A stretch of DNA of 64,000 bases from positions 2,141 through 66,140 of the forward strand of contig CAMZNS010000026.1 in the NCBI GenBank assembly GCA_947313855.1, written 5' to 3'. This document shows positions 47,765 through 57,612 of the stretch, piece by piece. The first letter of the stretch is position 1; every line of letters begins with the position of its first letter. Under the pieces are notes generated by a model. The model worked only from the letters and a program-made list of their open reading frames with translations. It ran no database searches and was not told the origin of the DNA. Source of the DNA: an uncultured Deferribacteraceae bacterium. GTDB lineage: Bacteria > Chrysiogenota > Deferribacteres > CAMZNJ01. The translations under genes and the position numbers were made by a program.

Positions 47765-49306
47765 GTGAATACCAATGACGGCAATTTTGCAGGGAACGAC
47801 TCCCTTTTCGAACTCATGCTGCAAAGCATTAGCAAATACATGGACGACGACATGGTAACAAGGTGGATAAAACCACTCAAAATCGCGGACATCAACAATA
47901 GACCCAAAGACGCAACAATCACTTTCCTCGTACCAAACAAATTCTACACAGGGATGATTGCTGACAGCTTCGAAGACGATATCCGAAAAGCATTCTACGA
48001 CAACCTCATCGAAATCAACTCCATATACTACGTAACACAAGACGAATTGCCAACACTACACCTAGCCGAACACACCTCCATGGCAACACAGGTAGGCAAT
48101 ACCAACCATCGCAATGCTGGCGATGGCTCCGGCGATGGCTCAGGTGCTGGCTCAGGTGCTGGCTCAGGTGCTGGTTCTGGCGATAATGCGGACTCGCCTC
48201 ACGCGGAACACCATCGTCGCGACGACGCAGACAGAGACAGAGGACACGCCGACGAAGGTGCTCTCCGATCAACCAAAAACCACAACACAGGACTCAGCAG
48301 TGCCTACACATTCGAAAGCTTTGTGCGTGGCTCATCCAATCAGTTTCCGTTCTCCATGTGCGAATCCGTTAGCGAAGGCAACTTCCACACATACAACCCA
48401 CTAGTCATCTACGGAGGCGTTGGGCTCGGGAAAACACATCTCATGCATGCCACAGGTAACGCTGTCCTCGAAAAATTCCCCAAAATCAACCTGCTCTGTG
48501 TCGACGGCGAACAGTTCACACGTGAAGTTGTGCACGCATCACGAACAAACACTTACGACAAACTCAACGACAAATATCGCAACATCGACATACTACTCTT
48601 CGACGATATTCAGTTTATCAGCGGCAAAGGACGAACATCCGAAACATTCTTCTACCTCTTCAACGACCTGTACGAATCGAACAAACAAATCATCATCACA
48701 AGCGACAAAGAACCGAAACGACTAGAAGGATTCGAAGATAGACTCAAAAGCCGATTCAGCTGGGGACTATCCGTGCAAATAGAGATGCCCGGAGTCGAAG
48801 AACTCGCAGCCATCATCACAACACGCTCCATACTCAAAGGGGTCTACATCGACGACGATACCGCACTCTTCATGGCATACAATATCAAATTCGAAAATAT
48901 TCGCGAAGTTGTGGGCACAATACTCAAACTGCACGCCTACTCCTCCTTCAAAGGACGAAAAATCGACATCGCATTCGTGCAAGAAATAATGAAAGACGAA
49001 TTAACAAAAGGGTTCGCCGCTGGAAAACCTGCCGCCGACGATATCATCCGCAAAGTCGCCGCATACTACAACGTCAAAATTATCGACATCAAAGGATCAT
49101 CACGAAAACAATCCATCAGCGTGCCAAGGCAAGTATCCATGTATGCTCTGAGAAACATACTGGAACTATCGTACTCGGAGATAGGATCACTCTTCGGCAA
49201 AAATCATACCACAGCAATGCACTCAATCAACAAAGTTGAGGGGATGCTCGAAGATGATATGGCGTTGAGGCTCGCGGTGGAGAATATCATGAAGAACTAC
49301 GGTTAG
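47765..49306 (+). CDS. dnaA: Chromosomal replication initiator
   Basis: YTFESFV, YNPL..YGGVGLGKTHL, DDIQF, SRFSWGL, PRQ..MY, NHTTAMHS; 12-bp GSG[D/A] repeat in domain II (48116-48184). Confidence 0.96.
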   Translation: MNTNDGNFAGNDSLFELMLQSISKYMDDDMVTRWIKPLKIADINNRPKDATITFLVPNKFYTGMIADSFEDDIRKAFYDNLIEINSIYYVTQDELPTLHLAEHTSMATQVGNTNHRNAGDGSGDGSGAGSGAGSGAGSGDNADSPHAEHHRRDDADRDRGHADEGALRSTKNHNTGLSSAYTFESFVRGSSNQFPFSMCESVSEGNFHTYNPLVIYGGVGLGKTHLMHATGNAVLEKFPKINLLCVDGEQFTREVVHASRTNTYDKLNDKYRNIDILLFDDIQFISGKGRTSETFFYLFNDLYESNKQIIITSDKEPKRLEGFEDRLKSRFSWGLSVQIEMPGVEELAAIITTRSILKGVYIDDDTALFMAYNIKFENIREVVGTILKLHAYSSFKGRKIDIAFVQEIMKDELTKGFAAGKPAADDIIRKVAAYYNVKIIDIKGSSRKQSISVPRQVSMYALRNILELSYSEIGSLFGKNHTTAMHSINKVEGMLEDDMALRLAVENIMKNYG

Positions 49307-49324
49307 GATGTGCACTGTTGGGCA

Positions 49325-49635
49325 CTAAGCACCAGCATCAGCCGACCGCGGACACAGCCGACGCAACCACCGACCGCGGACACAGCGGACACAACCGCCG
49401 ACACAGCCGACGCAACCAGCATCAGCATCAGCCATCAGCGGACACAGCCACCGACCGCGGACACAGCGGACACAACCACCGACCGCGGACACAGCCACCG
49501 ACACAGCCGACGCAACCACCGACCGCGGACACAGCCGACGCAACCACCGACCACCGACACAGCCGACGCAACCAGCATCAGCATCAGCCATCAGCGGACA
49601 CAGCCGACGCAACCACCGACCGCGGACACAGCCGC
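49325..49635. repeat. Modular array of GACACAGC / GACGCAACCA / GACCGCG / AGCATC blocks downstream of dnaA
   Basis: About 11 GACACAGC copies in shuffled module order. Confidence 0.95.
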
Positions 49636-49660
49636 CAAGCATCTCAGGTTTATGGGCACT

Positions 49661-49689
49661 AAAAAAGGGAACCCGAGGATTCCCTTTTT
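49661..49689. terminator. Bidirectional intrinsic terminator between dnaA and rpmA
   Basis: AAAAAAGGGAA-CCCGAGGA-TTCCCTTTTT. Confidence 0.85.
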
Positions 49690-49755
49690 ATAATTAATGG
49701 ACGGATACGAAGTTATCTTGCGTCCAATCGTCGAGGCGGTCAAGCGTCCACTCTG

Positions 49756-50016
49756 CTAAGAAGCAGACGAAACAACGGATACGAAGTTACCCTTACGCCC
49801 CTTCTTCTCAAATTTTACAAACCCGTCGGTTAATGCGAACAGAGTGTGGTCACGTCCAACACCAACATTTAATCCAGGTTTAACGGGGGTACCGCGTTGG
49901 CGAAGAATAATATTACCACCAACAACACGTTCACCGCCGAATTTCTTTACGCCGAGGCGTTTCGATTGTGAGTCTCTACCGTTACGCGTAGAGCCACCAG
50001 CTTTCTTATGAGCCAT
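49756..50016 (-). CDS. rpmA: 50S ribosomal protein L27
   Basis: [16 protein letters not shown]. Confidence 0.99.
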   Translation of the reverse strand: MAHKKAGGSTRNGRDSQSKRLGVKKFGGERVVGGNIILRQRGTPVKPGLNVGVGRDHTLFALTDGFVKFEKKGRKGNFVSVVSSAS

Positions 50017-50052
50017 GAGAGCCCTCCTTATGAGGCAAGAACAGTCGTGGGG

Positions 50053-50364
50053 TTAGACGGTGATAGCTTGCACTTTGAGTAAAGTGAAGTGTTGTCTATG
50101 CCCTTTGAGCGTCTTACTATCTTTTCTACGTCTTTTTTTGAAGACAAGTACTTTGTCTCCGAGTTCTTGTGCGAGAACATGCACTTCCACGAGTGCACCC
50201 TTAACGATAGGCTGCCCAATGAGCGTTCCTACCTCTCTGCCAACCAAAAGAACTTTGTCTAGTTTCAGTACGTCACCGACCTCTGCGTTGAGTTTCTCTA
50301 CTTTTAGAGTGTCGCCAACTTGAACGGTGTACTGTTTGCCACCAGTTTCGACAACAGCAAACAT
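50053..50364 (-). CDS. rplU: 50S ribosomal protein L21
   Basis: MFAVVETGGKQY...GHRQ. Confidence 0.98.
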   Translation of the reverse strand: MFAVVETGGKQYTVQVGDTLKVEKLNAEVGDVLKLDKVLLVGREVGTLIGQPIVKGALVEVHVLAQELGDKVLVFKKRRRKDSKTLKGHRQHFTLLKVQAITV

Positions 50365-50498
50365 AATTCTGCCCCCGTGTGTAGTACACACTTTTTCATC
50401 ATTTTTATTTGTTTAAGCGGTGAGGCTTAAAGTTATAAATTGTTTTGTTAACACAGACCGTTCCCCCGTGAAGAGGTTTGTCGCGGTCGTGAACCAAC

Positions 50499-50527
50499 AT
50501 TGTACAAAAATCAATATAGTTTGTCAA
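50499..50527 (-). promoter_or_regulatory. sigma70 promoter of rplU-rpmA
   Basis: TTGACA-N17-TACAAT. Confidence 0.75.
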
Positions 50528-50618
50528 CACTATTATTGCAATATGTTGGGGCAAACTTTTGTACATTTCGTCAACATGTTGGTCGGGGCACGGGTCGGGC
50601 GTAAGCCTAGCATCGTGT

Positions 50619-50703
50619 TACGACCGTGCTGCGACCGTGCTGCGACCATGCTGCGACCGTGACCGTGCTACGACCGTGACCGTGCTACGACCGTGATCGT
50701 GTT
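50619..50703. repeat. (CGACCGTG[CT(A/G)])n tandem repeat right after the tolC stop
   Basis: Read directly. Confidence 0.92.
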
Positions 50704-50704
50704 G

Positions 50705-52084
50705 CTACCGTTGTGCGTCTACGCGTAATACGGTTTGTGTGGCACGTTCCAGCTGAAAAATGCTGAGTATGATGTCGTATTTTGCGTTGTTGAATTCGCG
50801 TTGTGAGTTTACGAGGTTTGTGAATGATTGCAGTAGTTGTATTTGTGTGATGACGCCCTCTTTGTAGCGTCGTGATGCGTCTTGGTATGAGAGGGTTGCT
50901 GTTTCCAGTTTTTTTTGTGATGTGGTGTAGAGCCCTTTTCTGATGGAGTATGTTTCCAGGGATGTTTTGAGTTGTGTTCTCATGGTTTGTATGAGGGCGA
51001 TGAGTTGGTGTTTGGCTCTGTAGGCGTTTGCCATGGAGGTTTGTTGGTTTGCCACATTTGCGAACCCTTTGAAGATGTCGAAGTTGATGACGAAAGCGAC
51101 GCCTTCTTGTTGATCGAGCAGGTCGCCGGGTGAGGCGATGGAGTCGCCTTGTAGTGATTTGGTGTATGTTAGTCCTGCTGTTGGTAGGAAGTTGCTGATG
51201 CTTCTGTAGACGAGGGATGTTTGTGCGTTGGCGGATTTGCTGAGAGCGATGAGTTCGCTACGGTTATTGATCATCATCTCTTCTAGTTGGCTGTAGCTGT
51301 AGTTGTTGACTCTTGGGATGGGGATGTTGGTGAGAGCGACGTTGTATGGGAGTGTTTGCAGTACGAGGTTTTCCATGTTGTAGATGGATGAGTTGTAGTT
51401 TAGTTGTGCGAGGGAGGTATTTTGTTGTGATGCGAGGTAGTTTACTTCGGAGTTGAGTAGTTCTGTTTTGGTAATGAGTCCGGATCGGAAGAGGTTTTGT
51501 GAGTTGGCGAACTGTTCTTTCGACATTAGCTCGGCTTCGCGTGCAACTTTGAGGTTATCTTGTGCCCGTAGTGCTGCGATGTAGGTGGTTTGAGCGTTGA
51601 AGCGTGCGTCTTCTTTGGCTGCGACAAGTGAGTCGCTGGCGGCTGATGCACCTTGGTAAGCGGCGTACAGTCCGATGACGTTGCCGAAGCCGTTGAACAG
51701 TGACATGGAGACGCTGAGTTGTGTATTGTGATCGCCTTGTGTTTCGATGAGTGCTGCTTGTGCGGGTGTTTCGGAGTGTAGGAACTGTGTATCGCGGATG
51801 CTAACTTGTGGTAGTAGTGGTGATGTTCCGCCGATGAGTTGTCCGATGGCACTTCGGTGATCGGCTTCGGCTATTCTCACGTTGGATGCGTTTTCTGTTG
51901 CCACTGCGACGAAGTTGTTGAGTGTGATAGTGCTTTGGTTGAGAGTTGGTGTTTCGCCATACGCCATGTTCCCTATGGATATGAGTAGTATGCTGATGGT
52001 TATGATTGGGGTTATTGTGAAGAGTGGCAGTATGTGGGGTATTTTTATTGTGCCCGTTGTTGTCATAATAGTCACCATGTTCAA
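50705..52084 (-). CDS. TolC/OEP-family outer membrane efflux protein
   Basis: Two OEP repeats (LLPQVS..SLFNG..FRSGLIT; FLPT..IFKG..YKEGVIT). Start uncertain. Confidence 0.85.
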   Translation of the reverse strand: MNMVTIMTTTGTIKIPHILPLFTITPIITISILLISIGNMAYGETPTLNQSTITLNNFVAVATENASNVRIAEADHRSAIGQLIGGTSPLLPQVSIRDTQFLHSETPAQAALIETQGDHNTQLSVSMSLFNGFGNVIGLYAAYQGASAASDSLVAAKEDARFNAQTTYIAALRAQDNLKVAREAELMSKEQFANSQNLFRSGLITKTELLNSEVNYLASQQNTSLAQLNYNSSIYNMENLVLQTLPYNVALTNIPIPRVNNYSYSQLEEMMINNRSELIALSKSANAQTSLVYRSISNFLPTAGLTYTKSLQGDSIASPGDLLDQQEGVAFVINFDIFKGFANVANQQTSMANAYRAKHQLIALIQTMRTQLKTSLETYSIRKGLYTTSQKKLETATLSYQDASRRYKEGVITQIQLLQSFTNLVNSQREFNNAKYDIILSIFQLERATQTVLRVDAQR

Positions 52085-52117
52085 TTTTTTGTAATTATTT
52101 GCATCTGCGTATTGTGA

Positions 52118-53290
52118 TTAGTTTACGGTATTCAAAACGATATTAACAGTTTTTTTATTATTTTTCGATATTTCGATGGATACGGGTTTGCTTTTGAATG
52201 TGTATGATCGTAGTTCGTGTTTGAACGTAATGTTGAGGAATAGGTTGGAGTGGATGTTTAGGGGATCGTGTCGGGTTTTTTTGTAGTTGAGGTATTCGTA
52301 TGGTTCTGTTTCCATGATATTTAGTGTGGTGAAGAGTGGTTTTTTGAGGTATTTCATCTCATGGGCATCGCGTAAAAAGGGGTCTCGTTTGAATTGTTTG
52401 AGAGTGGGGTATTTGTTGACGGCTGTATTTTTGCGTACGGCAATATTGCTGAGCATGTTGTTGGTGATGTGTAGTGTGAGCAGAACGTCTTCGTGGTTGA
52501 TGAGTGTTGCTTCCATTGTGCCGTTGAGGTTGATGTGGCTGGGTGTTAGGGTGAGGTATGGTGCGGGGAGGAGTGCTGTGTGTCCGGGTGTTCGGGCTGT
52601 GACGAGGTTGGACTTGTGTGGTGTGCTACGGTAGCAGGTTAGTTTCAGGTTTGTGCCTTCTGAGTTAGTGATGATTGTTTGTGCGGCGTTGATGATGTTG
52701 GAGGTTATGTACTGTATTTTCCGTTCGAACAGATCGAGGTGAGCGGTTTTTGTTTCGGAGAATCGATTCATGTTGTTGATACTCATTAGTCGTCCCCCTT
52801 GGACGGTGGTGAATAGGGTTTGCAACAGGCTAAGTTCGAGGTTGCTACTTCCGAGGTGCAGTATTATGTCGTAGCGTCGATCGTGTGCACTGGCGGCACG
52901 ATAGACTAGGCTTTGCAGTCGTGTACCGAGGTGTCCACGTATGATGGTTTGGTATGCGTCCCTTGGGAGTGTAACTTTGAAGTCGTCACCAAAAACGGTT
53001 TCCCAAACGGTTTCCGAGGGTTCGTTGACACGGAAAACGCCATGTGTGTGTGGTGCAGTGTATTCTAGGAGTTTGACATTTTTAAACTTTGATCTGATGT
53101 GTTTGTTGATTAGGCGTGAGTAAGCGGTTGCACGAAGGTTTTTGTTGTTGTCGCGTTCGGAGATTATCAGTAGTCGTTCGCCAACACTCATTTCCAGGAC
53201 ATAGTTGGTGATGAGGCGAGAAATATACTTAATTCGATTTTTTTTCCAATACATACCTTTGATACTATAACACGTTACCATCTTTGTCAA
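52118..53290 (-). CDS. Highly degenerate M29/aminopeptidase-T-like protein
   Basis: GERLLIISE, EPSE, EGTNLKL, PG..ALLP, NGT resemble the family scaffold; metal-ligand motifs are not seen. Start uncertain. Confidence 0.45.
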   Translation of the reverse strand: MTKMVTCYSIKGMYWKKNRIKYISRLITNYVLEMSVGERLLIISERDNNKNLRATAYSRLINKHIRSKFKNVKLLEYTAPHTHGVFRVNEPSETVWETVFGDDFKVTLPRDAYQTIIRGHLGTRLQSLVYRAASAHDRRYDIILHLGSSNLELSLLQTLFTTVQGGRLMSINNMNRFSETKTAHLDLFERKIQYITSNIINAAQTIITNSEGTNLKLTCYRSTPHKSNLVTARTPGHTALLPAPYLTLTPSHINLNGTMEATLINHEDVLLTLHITNNMLSNIAVRKNTAVNKYPTLKQFKRDPFLRDAHEMKYLKKPLFTTLNIMETEPYEYLNYKKTRHDPLNIHSNLFLNITFKHELRSYTFKSKPVSIEISKNNKKTVNIVLNTVN

Positions 53291-53446
53291 ACTACCATTA
53301 TGTGTGCTTGTGTTGTTGTAATAGTTTTATAAATGGTGTAGAATGAACCCTTGTGGGAAGGGGAAGGCTGTCCTGCATAAAATATGGTAATGAACGATTA
53401 ATTAAACACAATGTAGCGAAACAAAAGTAGGCTGGAGGCAACGGCG

Positions 53447-54763
53447 ATGGATGTTATCTTAGGAACTCAATGGGGCGACGAAGGGAAAGGGAAGGTGGTG
53501 GACTATGTTGCCTCAACATACGACGTAGTCGTAAGGGTGCAGGGGGGACACAACGCAGGACACACCATTCACATCGGAAACAAAAAACATGTACTACATA
53601 TCCTGCCCTCAGGAGTTGTCTCCGAAAACACCGTCAACATTATCGGCAACGGAACCGTTGTCTCGGTGCCCTCGTTCATAAGCGAAATGGCTCTGCTACA
53701 CAACGATGGCATAAATACGCAAGGACGCCTATTCGTCTCATCAAGGGCACACCTCGTAATGTCCTACCACAGCGTGCTGGACAACATGAACGAATTCCTC
53801 AAAGGTGACGCCAAAATCGGCACAACAGGCAAAGGGATTGGACCCGCTTATGCAGACAAAATCGCACGCGAAGGGATTCGTGTTGACGACCTACTCAACA
53901 TCGAAGTCCTCGAACACAAACTCAAACGGCGTGTACAAGCTGTTAACCAGCAAGTAGAGTCGTTCCTGCGAAACAACGATACCTCACAAATGGACAACCC
54001 ACCGAAACCCATCGACTACAGCGAAGTGCTGAACGAAGCCTTGGGGTATGGTGAAGTGTTGTCGCCATACATTGCTGACACTGAGTACATGGTCAACGAA
54101 AGTGTGTCACAAGGGGAAAGCATACTGGTGGAGGGGGCACAGGGTGCGTTGCTGGATATCGATTTCGGCACATACCCGTTCGTAACGTCATCGTCATGTA
54201 TGATTGGCGGAGTGTTTTCAGGGAGTGGAGTGTCGCCATTCCACCTCACGAATGTTATCGGAATCACAAAAGCCTACACCACACGCGTAGGCGAAGGTCC
54301 ACATCCAACCGAAATCAAAGATGCCGAGCTCTCTGCTTACCTAACAGAGGTGGGGAACGAGTATGGTGCAACAACGGGAAGACGACGTAGGGTTGGGTGG
54401 TTGGATATTGTCGCACTCAAATACACTTACATGATCAACGGCATTACCCACATAGCACTAACAAAAATAGACGTGTTAAACGATCTTGATACGGTAAAAA
54501 TATGTGTTGAGTACAAGCTCAAAGATGGGACAATTGTGAGCAAATTGCCATCACATAAAGATCAGCTCGAAGGTGCAGAGCCCATATACAAAGAGTTTCC
54601 TGGGTGGAAGACCGATATCACGAATGCAACATCGTTTGACGACTTTCCACAAGAGCTCAAGAACTACCTCAACTTTATCAGTAGTGAATTGGGTGTGCCA
54701 TACTTTATGCTGTCGATCGGTGCTGATCGCAGTCAGAGCATACTCATGGAGGAGTTACGCTAA
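53447..54763 (+). CDS. purA: Adenylosuccinate synthetase
   Basis: QWGDEGKGK, GGHNAGHT, EGAQG, GATTGRRRRVGWLD. Confidence 0.98.
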   Translation: MDVILGTQWGDEGKGKVVDYVASTYDVVVRVQGGHNAGHTIHIGNKKHVLHILPSGVVSENTVNIIGNGTVVSVPSFISEMALLHNDGINTQGRLFVSSRAHLVMSYHSVLDNMNEFLKGDAKIGTTGKGIGPAYADKIAREGIRVDDLLNIEVLEHKLKRRVQAVNQQVESFLRNNDTSQMDNPPKPIDYSEVLNEALGYGEVLSPYIADTEYMVNESVSQGESILVEGAQGALLDIDFGTYPFVTSSSCMIGGVFSGSGVSPFHLTNVIGITKAYTTRVGEGPHPTEIKDAELSAYLTEVGNEYGATTGRRRRVGWLDIVALKYTYMINGITHIALTKIDVLNDLDTVKICVEYKLKDGTIVSKLPSHKDQLEGAEPIYKEFPGWKTDITNATSFDDFPQELKNYLNFISSELGVPYFMLSIGADRSQSILMEELR

Positions 54764-57612
54764 TCGTCCGACTTGCGTAACACCTCTCGGGGCTTCGATG
54801 ACCCATCGGAAGGGGCAACAATACCCTTCTGCTCCATAATCTCAACAATACGAGCAGCACGATTGTAACCGATGCGTAGGTGGCGTTGAACCATGGATAT
54901 GCTGGCAAAACCCTTTTGTGTTACAATATCCACGGCATCGTAGTACTTCTCATCAAGCTCGTCATCGTCAACATCGCCAAGGGTGGTTGTGTCTTGCTGG
55001 ATGAGTGCCATGTCGTATTCAGGCTCACCAAGGGTACGAAGGTGGTCGGCTATGTTGTTGACCTCGTCTTCGCTGATGAATGAGCCGTGCAACCTAATGG
55101 GTTCGCGTCCTGACATGATGAAGAGTGAGTCGCCGTTCCCTAGGAGTTGCTCCGCACCCTGCCTGTCGATAACAGTACGCGAATCAACCTTGGATGAGAC
55201 CTTGAAACCGAGACGTGAGGGCATATTTGCCTTGATTATCCCCGTGATAACGTCAACAGAGGGGCGTTGGGTGGCGAGGATGAGGTGGATGCCGACGGCA
55301 CGAGCCATTTGTGCCAAGCGGATGACGGATTGCTCAACCTCTTTGCCTGCAACCATCATGAGATCGGCGAATTCGTCAACAATAACAACAAGGTAGCTGA
55401 GTTTGTCGAGCCCGCTGTTTTCCGCTTTGGCGTTGTAGCTGGTGATGCTTTTGGCACGGCTATCCTTGAGGAGGGCGTAGCGTTGCTCCATCTCTTTCAC
55501 AACATTGCGAAGCACTTTGGCAGCAATTTTTGTGTCGGTAACAACAGGTGCAGCAAGGTGTGGAATATCGTCGTAAATACTCAGCTCCACCATTTTAGGA
55601 TCGATCATGATAAATTTAACGTAATCGGGGGAGTGGTTGTACACTAGTGAGCAGATAATGGTGTTGATGGCAACGGATTTACCCGAACCGGTTGTGCCCG
55701 CAATGAGTACATGGGGCATTTTGGCGAGGTCGGCAAAGTATGGTTTCCCGTTAACATCTTGACCGATGGCGATGTTTAGGTCGGCATCGGAACCCTTAAA
55801 CATGGGATCGTCAACAAGCTGCTTGAACACAACCATCTCGCGATCGCGACGGGGTATCTCAAAACCAACAACACCCTTGCCAGGGATGGGTGCAATAACG
55901 CGAACGCTAGCAACAGACATGGCTAGGGCGATGTCGTCGCTCAATGCGGTGATGCGACTAACTTTAACGCCCGGTGCAGGCTCAAACTCGTAGGTAATAA
56001 CAACAGGACCGGAACTAATATGGGTGATACGTCCGCCGATGCCGAATTCGTTGAGGCGTTTGTTGAGCACGTCTGCCTCTGCCCATAGGGAGGCGTCGTC
56101 GTCGCTTGTGTTTTTCTTGGTGTACCCTTGCAGGAAGGAGTATGGGAGGTTGTAGTCCTCCTTGTCTGCGTCAAATATGGTGGGTGACACAGCCACGGGT
56201 GACACAGCCACGGGTGACACGTTCATGTTCATCTTCACGTCGGGCACCTTGGCGAGATCTTGGTTGGGTATTCGTGGCATAGCACCCTCAATGTTAAGGG
56301 TTGGAGGTGTTTCCGCAGTTGGCGTATCTGTTACTGTAGCAGTTGGCGTAGTTGTTGGCGGTGATGATTTTGCGTGTTGCGGTGTAGGGGCGGTGCCTAT
56401 CTCTTGGATATGGCGTCGTTGGCTGATTAGTCCGCCCATGAGTGTGTTGGCGTTCCCCACGCTGGCGTTCCCCACGTTGGCGTGTTCCACGTTGGCGTGT
56501 TCCACGCTGGCGTTCCCCACGCTGGCATGTTCCACGCTGGCATGTTCCACGCTGGTATGTTCCATGCTGGCGTGCCCTGTGGGCGTGCTGGGGGGCTGGT
56601 TAAGTGTTTGGAAGTGGAAGGAGTACGGATCGTCACTCTGTGTCTGAGGTTGTTGCGTGTTCGCCCCTGTGTTCGCCCCTGTTGGGAGTGTATTCGAGCT
56701 CGATATTGTTGGGTATGCGAGGTTTGCGGCAAGTGTTTCGGCATATTTGTATGATGCTGTTTGCGAAGTGTTGCTGATGTAGTCCATCTGTTGCTCTGTT
56801 TGAGCAACGTTTGATCGTCCGTCCCCTTGTCTGCCGTGGGTATTTTTGTTGCCACTGAGGTCGATCATATTTTTCGATCTGTTCGTCCATTTGTTGTTGA
56901 TGGTTCGTGCTAGCCAAGCGATTGGCATTGCGGGTGCGATTACGATTAGCTGTATTTTTTGTGTTAGAGTTGATTGTTTACGATCGCCCCCTTTTAGTGC
57001 GAATGCTTCTTGGATGAAGTTGTTGACGTGTTCGAGTTTGCTGAATGGGTTGGCGGGGTTTTTGAGGTTATGAGCGATATTTTGGAACGATGATGATAAA
57101 TATAGTATGGCTAGGAACGGCAGTAGGAATAGAACCATGATTATGCCGCCGACGCCACCTACAAAGCTGGACAAGATTACTTTGGACACGGCTCCGAGAA
57201 TGCCAAATGCGAGGTATGATTCGAGGAAGGTGGTTGTTCCCCATACGAATCCGAGGGTAAACGACACTATGAGAACTAGTGCAAACGATGTTACGATGTT
57301 GAACAAGAGGTAGTAGGCTGAGGGTGTGTAGGTATTTTTGTGTTGTTTCCATATGATTATGAGGGGGCGTGCCATTATGATGGGGATGAAGAACGCACCG
57401 ATACCCATGAGCACTAAAAACATGTCGGCAACGTAGGCACCGAGTGCACCGAAAATATTGTCCACACTGGAGCTGTACCGGCTCACTTCGATGGTGGAAA
57501 AACTCCTATCAGAGCTACTAAAGCTAATGATAGAGAGGGATACCAAAACATAAAAAAAAGAATACAGTGCAGAAGTAATATGCAAAAGACCCTTAGGTAT
57601 TGCTACACCCAT
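54760..57612 (-). CDS. ftsK: DNA translocase FtsK
   Basis: 4TM domain, GTTGSGKS, DEFADLM, LATQRPSVD, gamma domain RIGYNRAAR. Confidence 0.96.
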   Translation of the reverse strand: MGVAIPKGLLHITSALYSFFYVLVSLSIISFSSSDRSFSTIEVSRYSSSVDNIFGALGAYVADMFLVLMGIGAFFIPIIMARPLIIIWKQHKNTYTPSAYYLLFNIVTSFALVLIVSFTLGFVWGTTTFLESYLAFGILGAVSKVILSSFVGGVGGIIMVLFLLPFLAILYLSSSFQNIAHNLKNPANPFSKLEHVNNFIQEAFALKGGDRKQSTLTQKIQLIVIAPAMPIAWLARTINNKWTNRSKNMIDLSGNKNTHGRQGDGRSNVAQTEQQMDYISNTSQTASYKYAETLAANLAYPTISSSNTLPTGANTGANTQQPQTQSDDPYSFHFQTLNQPPSTPTGHASMEHTSVEHASVEHASVGNASVEHANVEHANVGNASVGNANTLMGGLISQRRHIQEIGTAPTPQHAKSSPPTTTPTATVTDTPTAETPPTLNIEGAMPRIPNQDLAKVPDVKMNMNVSPVAVSPVAVSPTIFDADKEDYNLPYSFLQGYTKKNTSDDDASLWAEADVLNKRLNEFGIGGRITHISSGPVVITYEFEPAPGVKVSRITALSDDIALAMSVASVRVIAPIPGKGVVGFEIPRRDREMVVFKQLVDDPMFKGSDADLNIAIGQDVNGKPYFADLAKMPHVLIAGTTGSGKSVAINTIICSLVYNHSPDYVKFIMIDPKMVELSIYDDIPHLAAPVVTDTKIAAKVLRNVVKEMEQRYALLKDSRAKSITSYNAKAENSGLDKLSYLVVIVDEFADLMMVAGKEVEQSVIRLAQMARAVGIHLILATQRPSVDVITGIIKANMPSRLGFKVSSKVDSRTVIDRQGAEQLLGNGDSLFIMSGREPIRLHGSFISEDEVNNIADHLRTLGEPEYDMALIQQDTTTLGDVDDDELDEKYYDAVDIVTQKGFASISMVQRHLRIGYNRAARIVEIMEQKGIVAPSDGSSKPREVLRKSDD
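56447..56572 (-). repeat. In-frame 15-bp repeat x8 (A[S/N]V[E/G][H/N]) in the FtsK linker
   Basis: Read directly. Smaller duplications at about 56182-56220 and 56657-56683. Confidence 0.93.

Noticed and set aside
49325..49635. CRISPR array
   Set aside because: No constant repeat with unique spacers, and no cas genes. The same applies to 1889-2070, 32797-32928 and 63283-63754.
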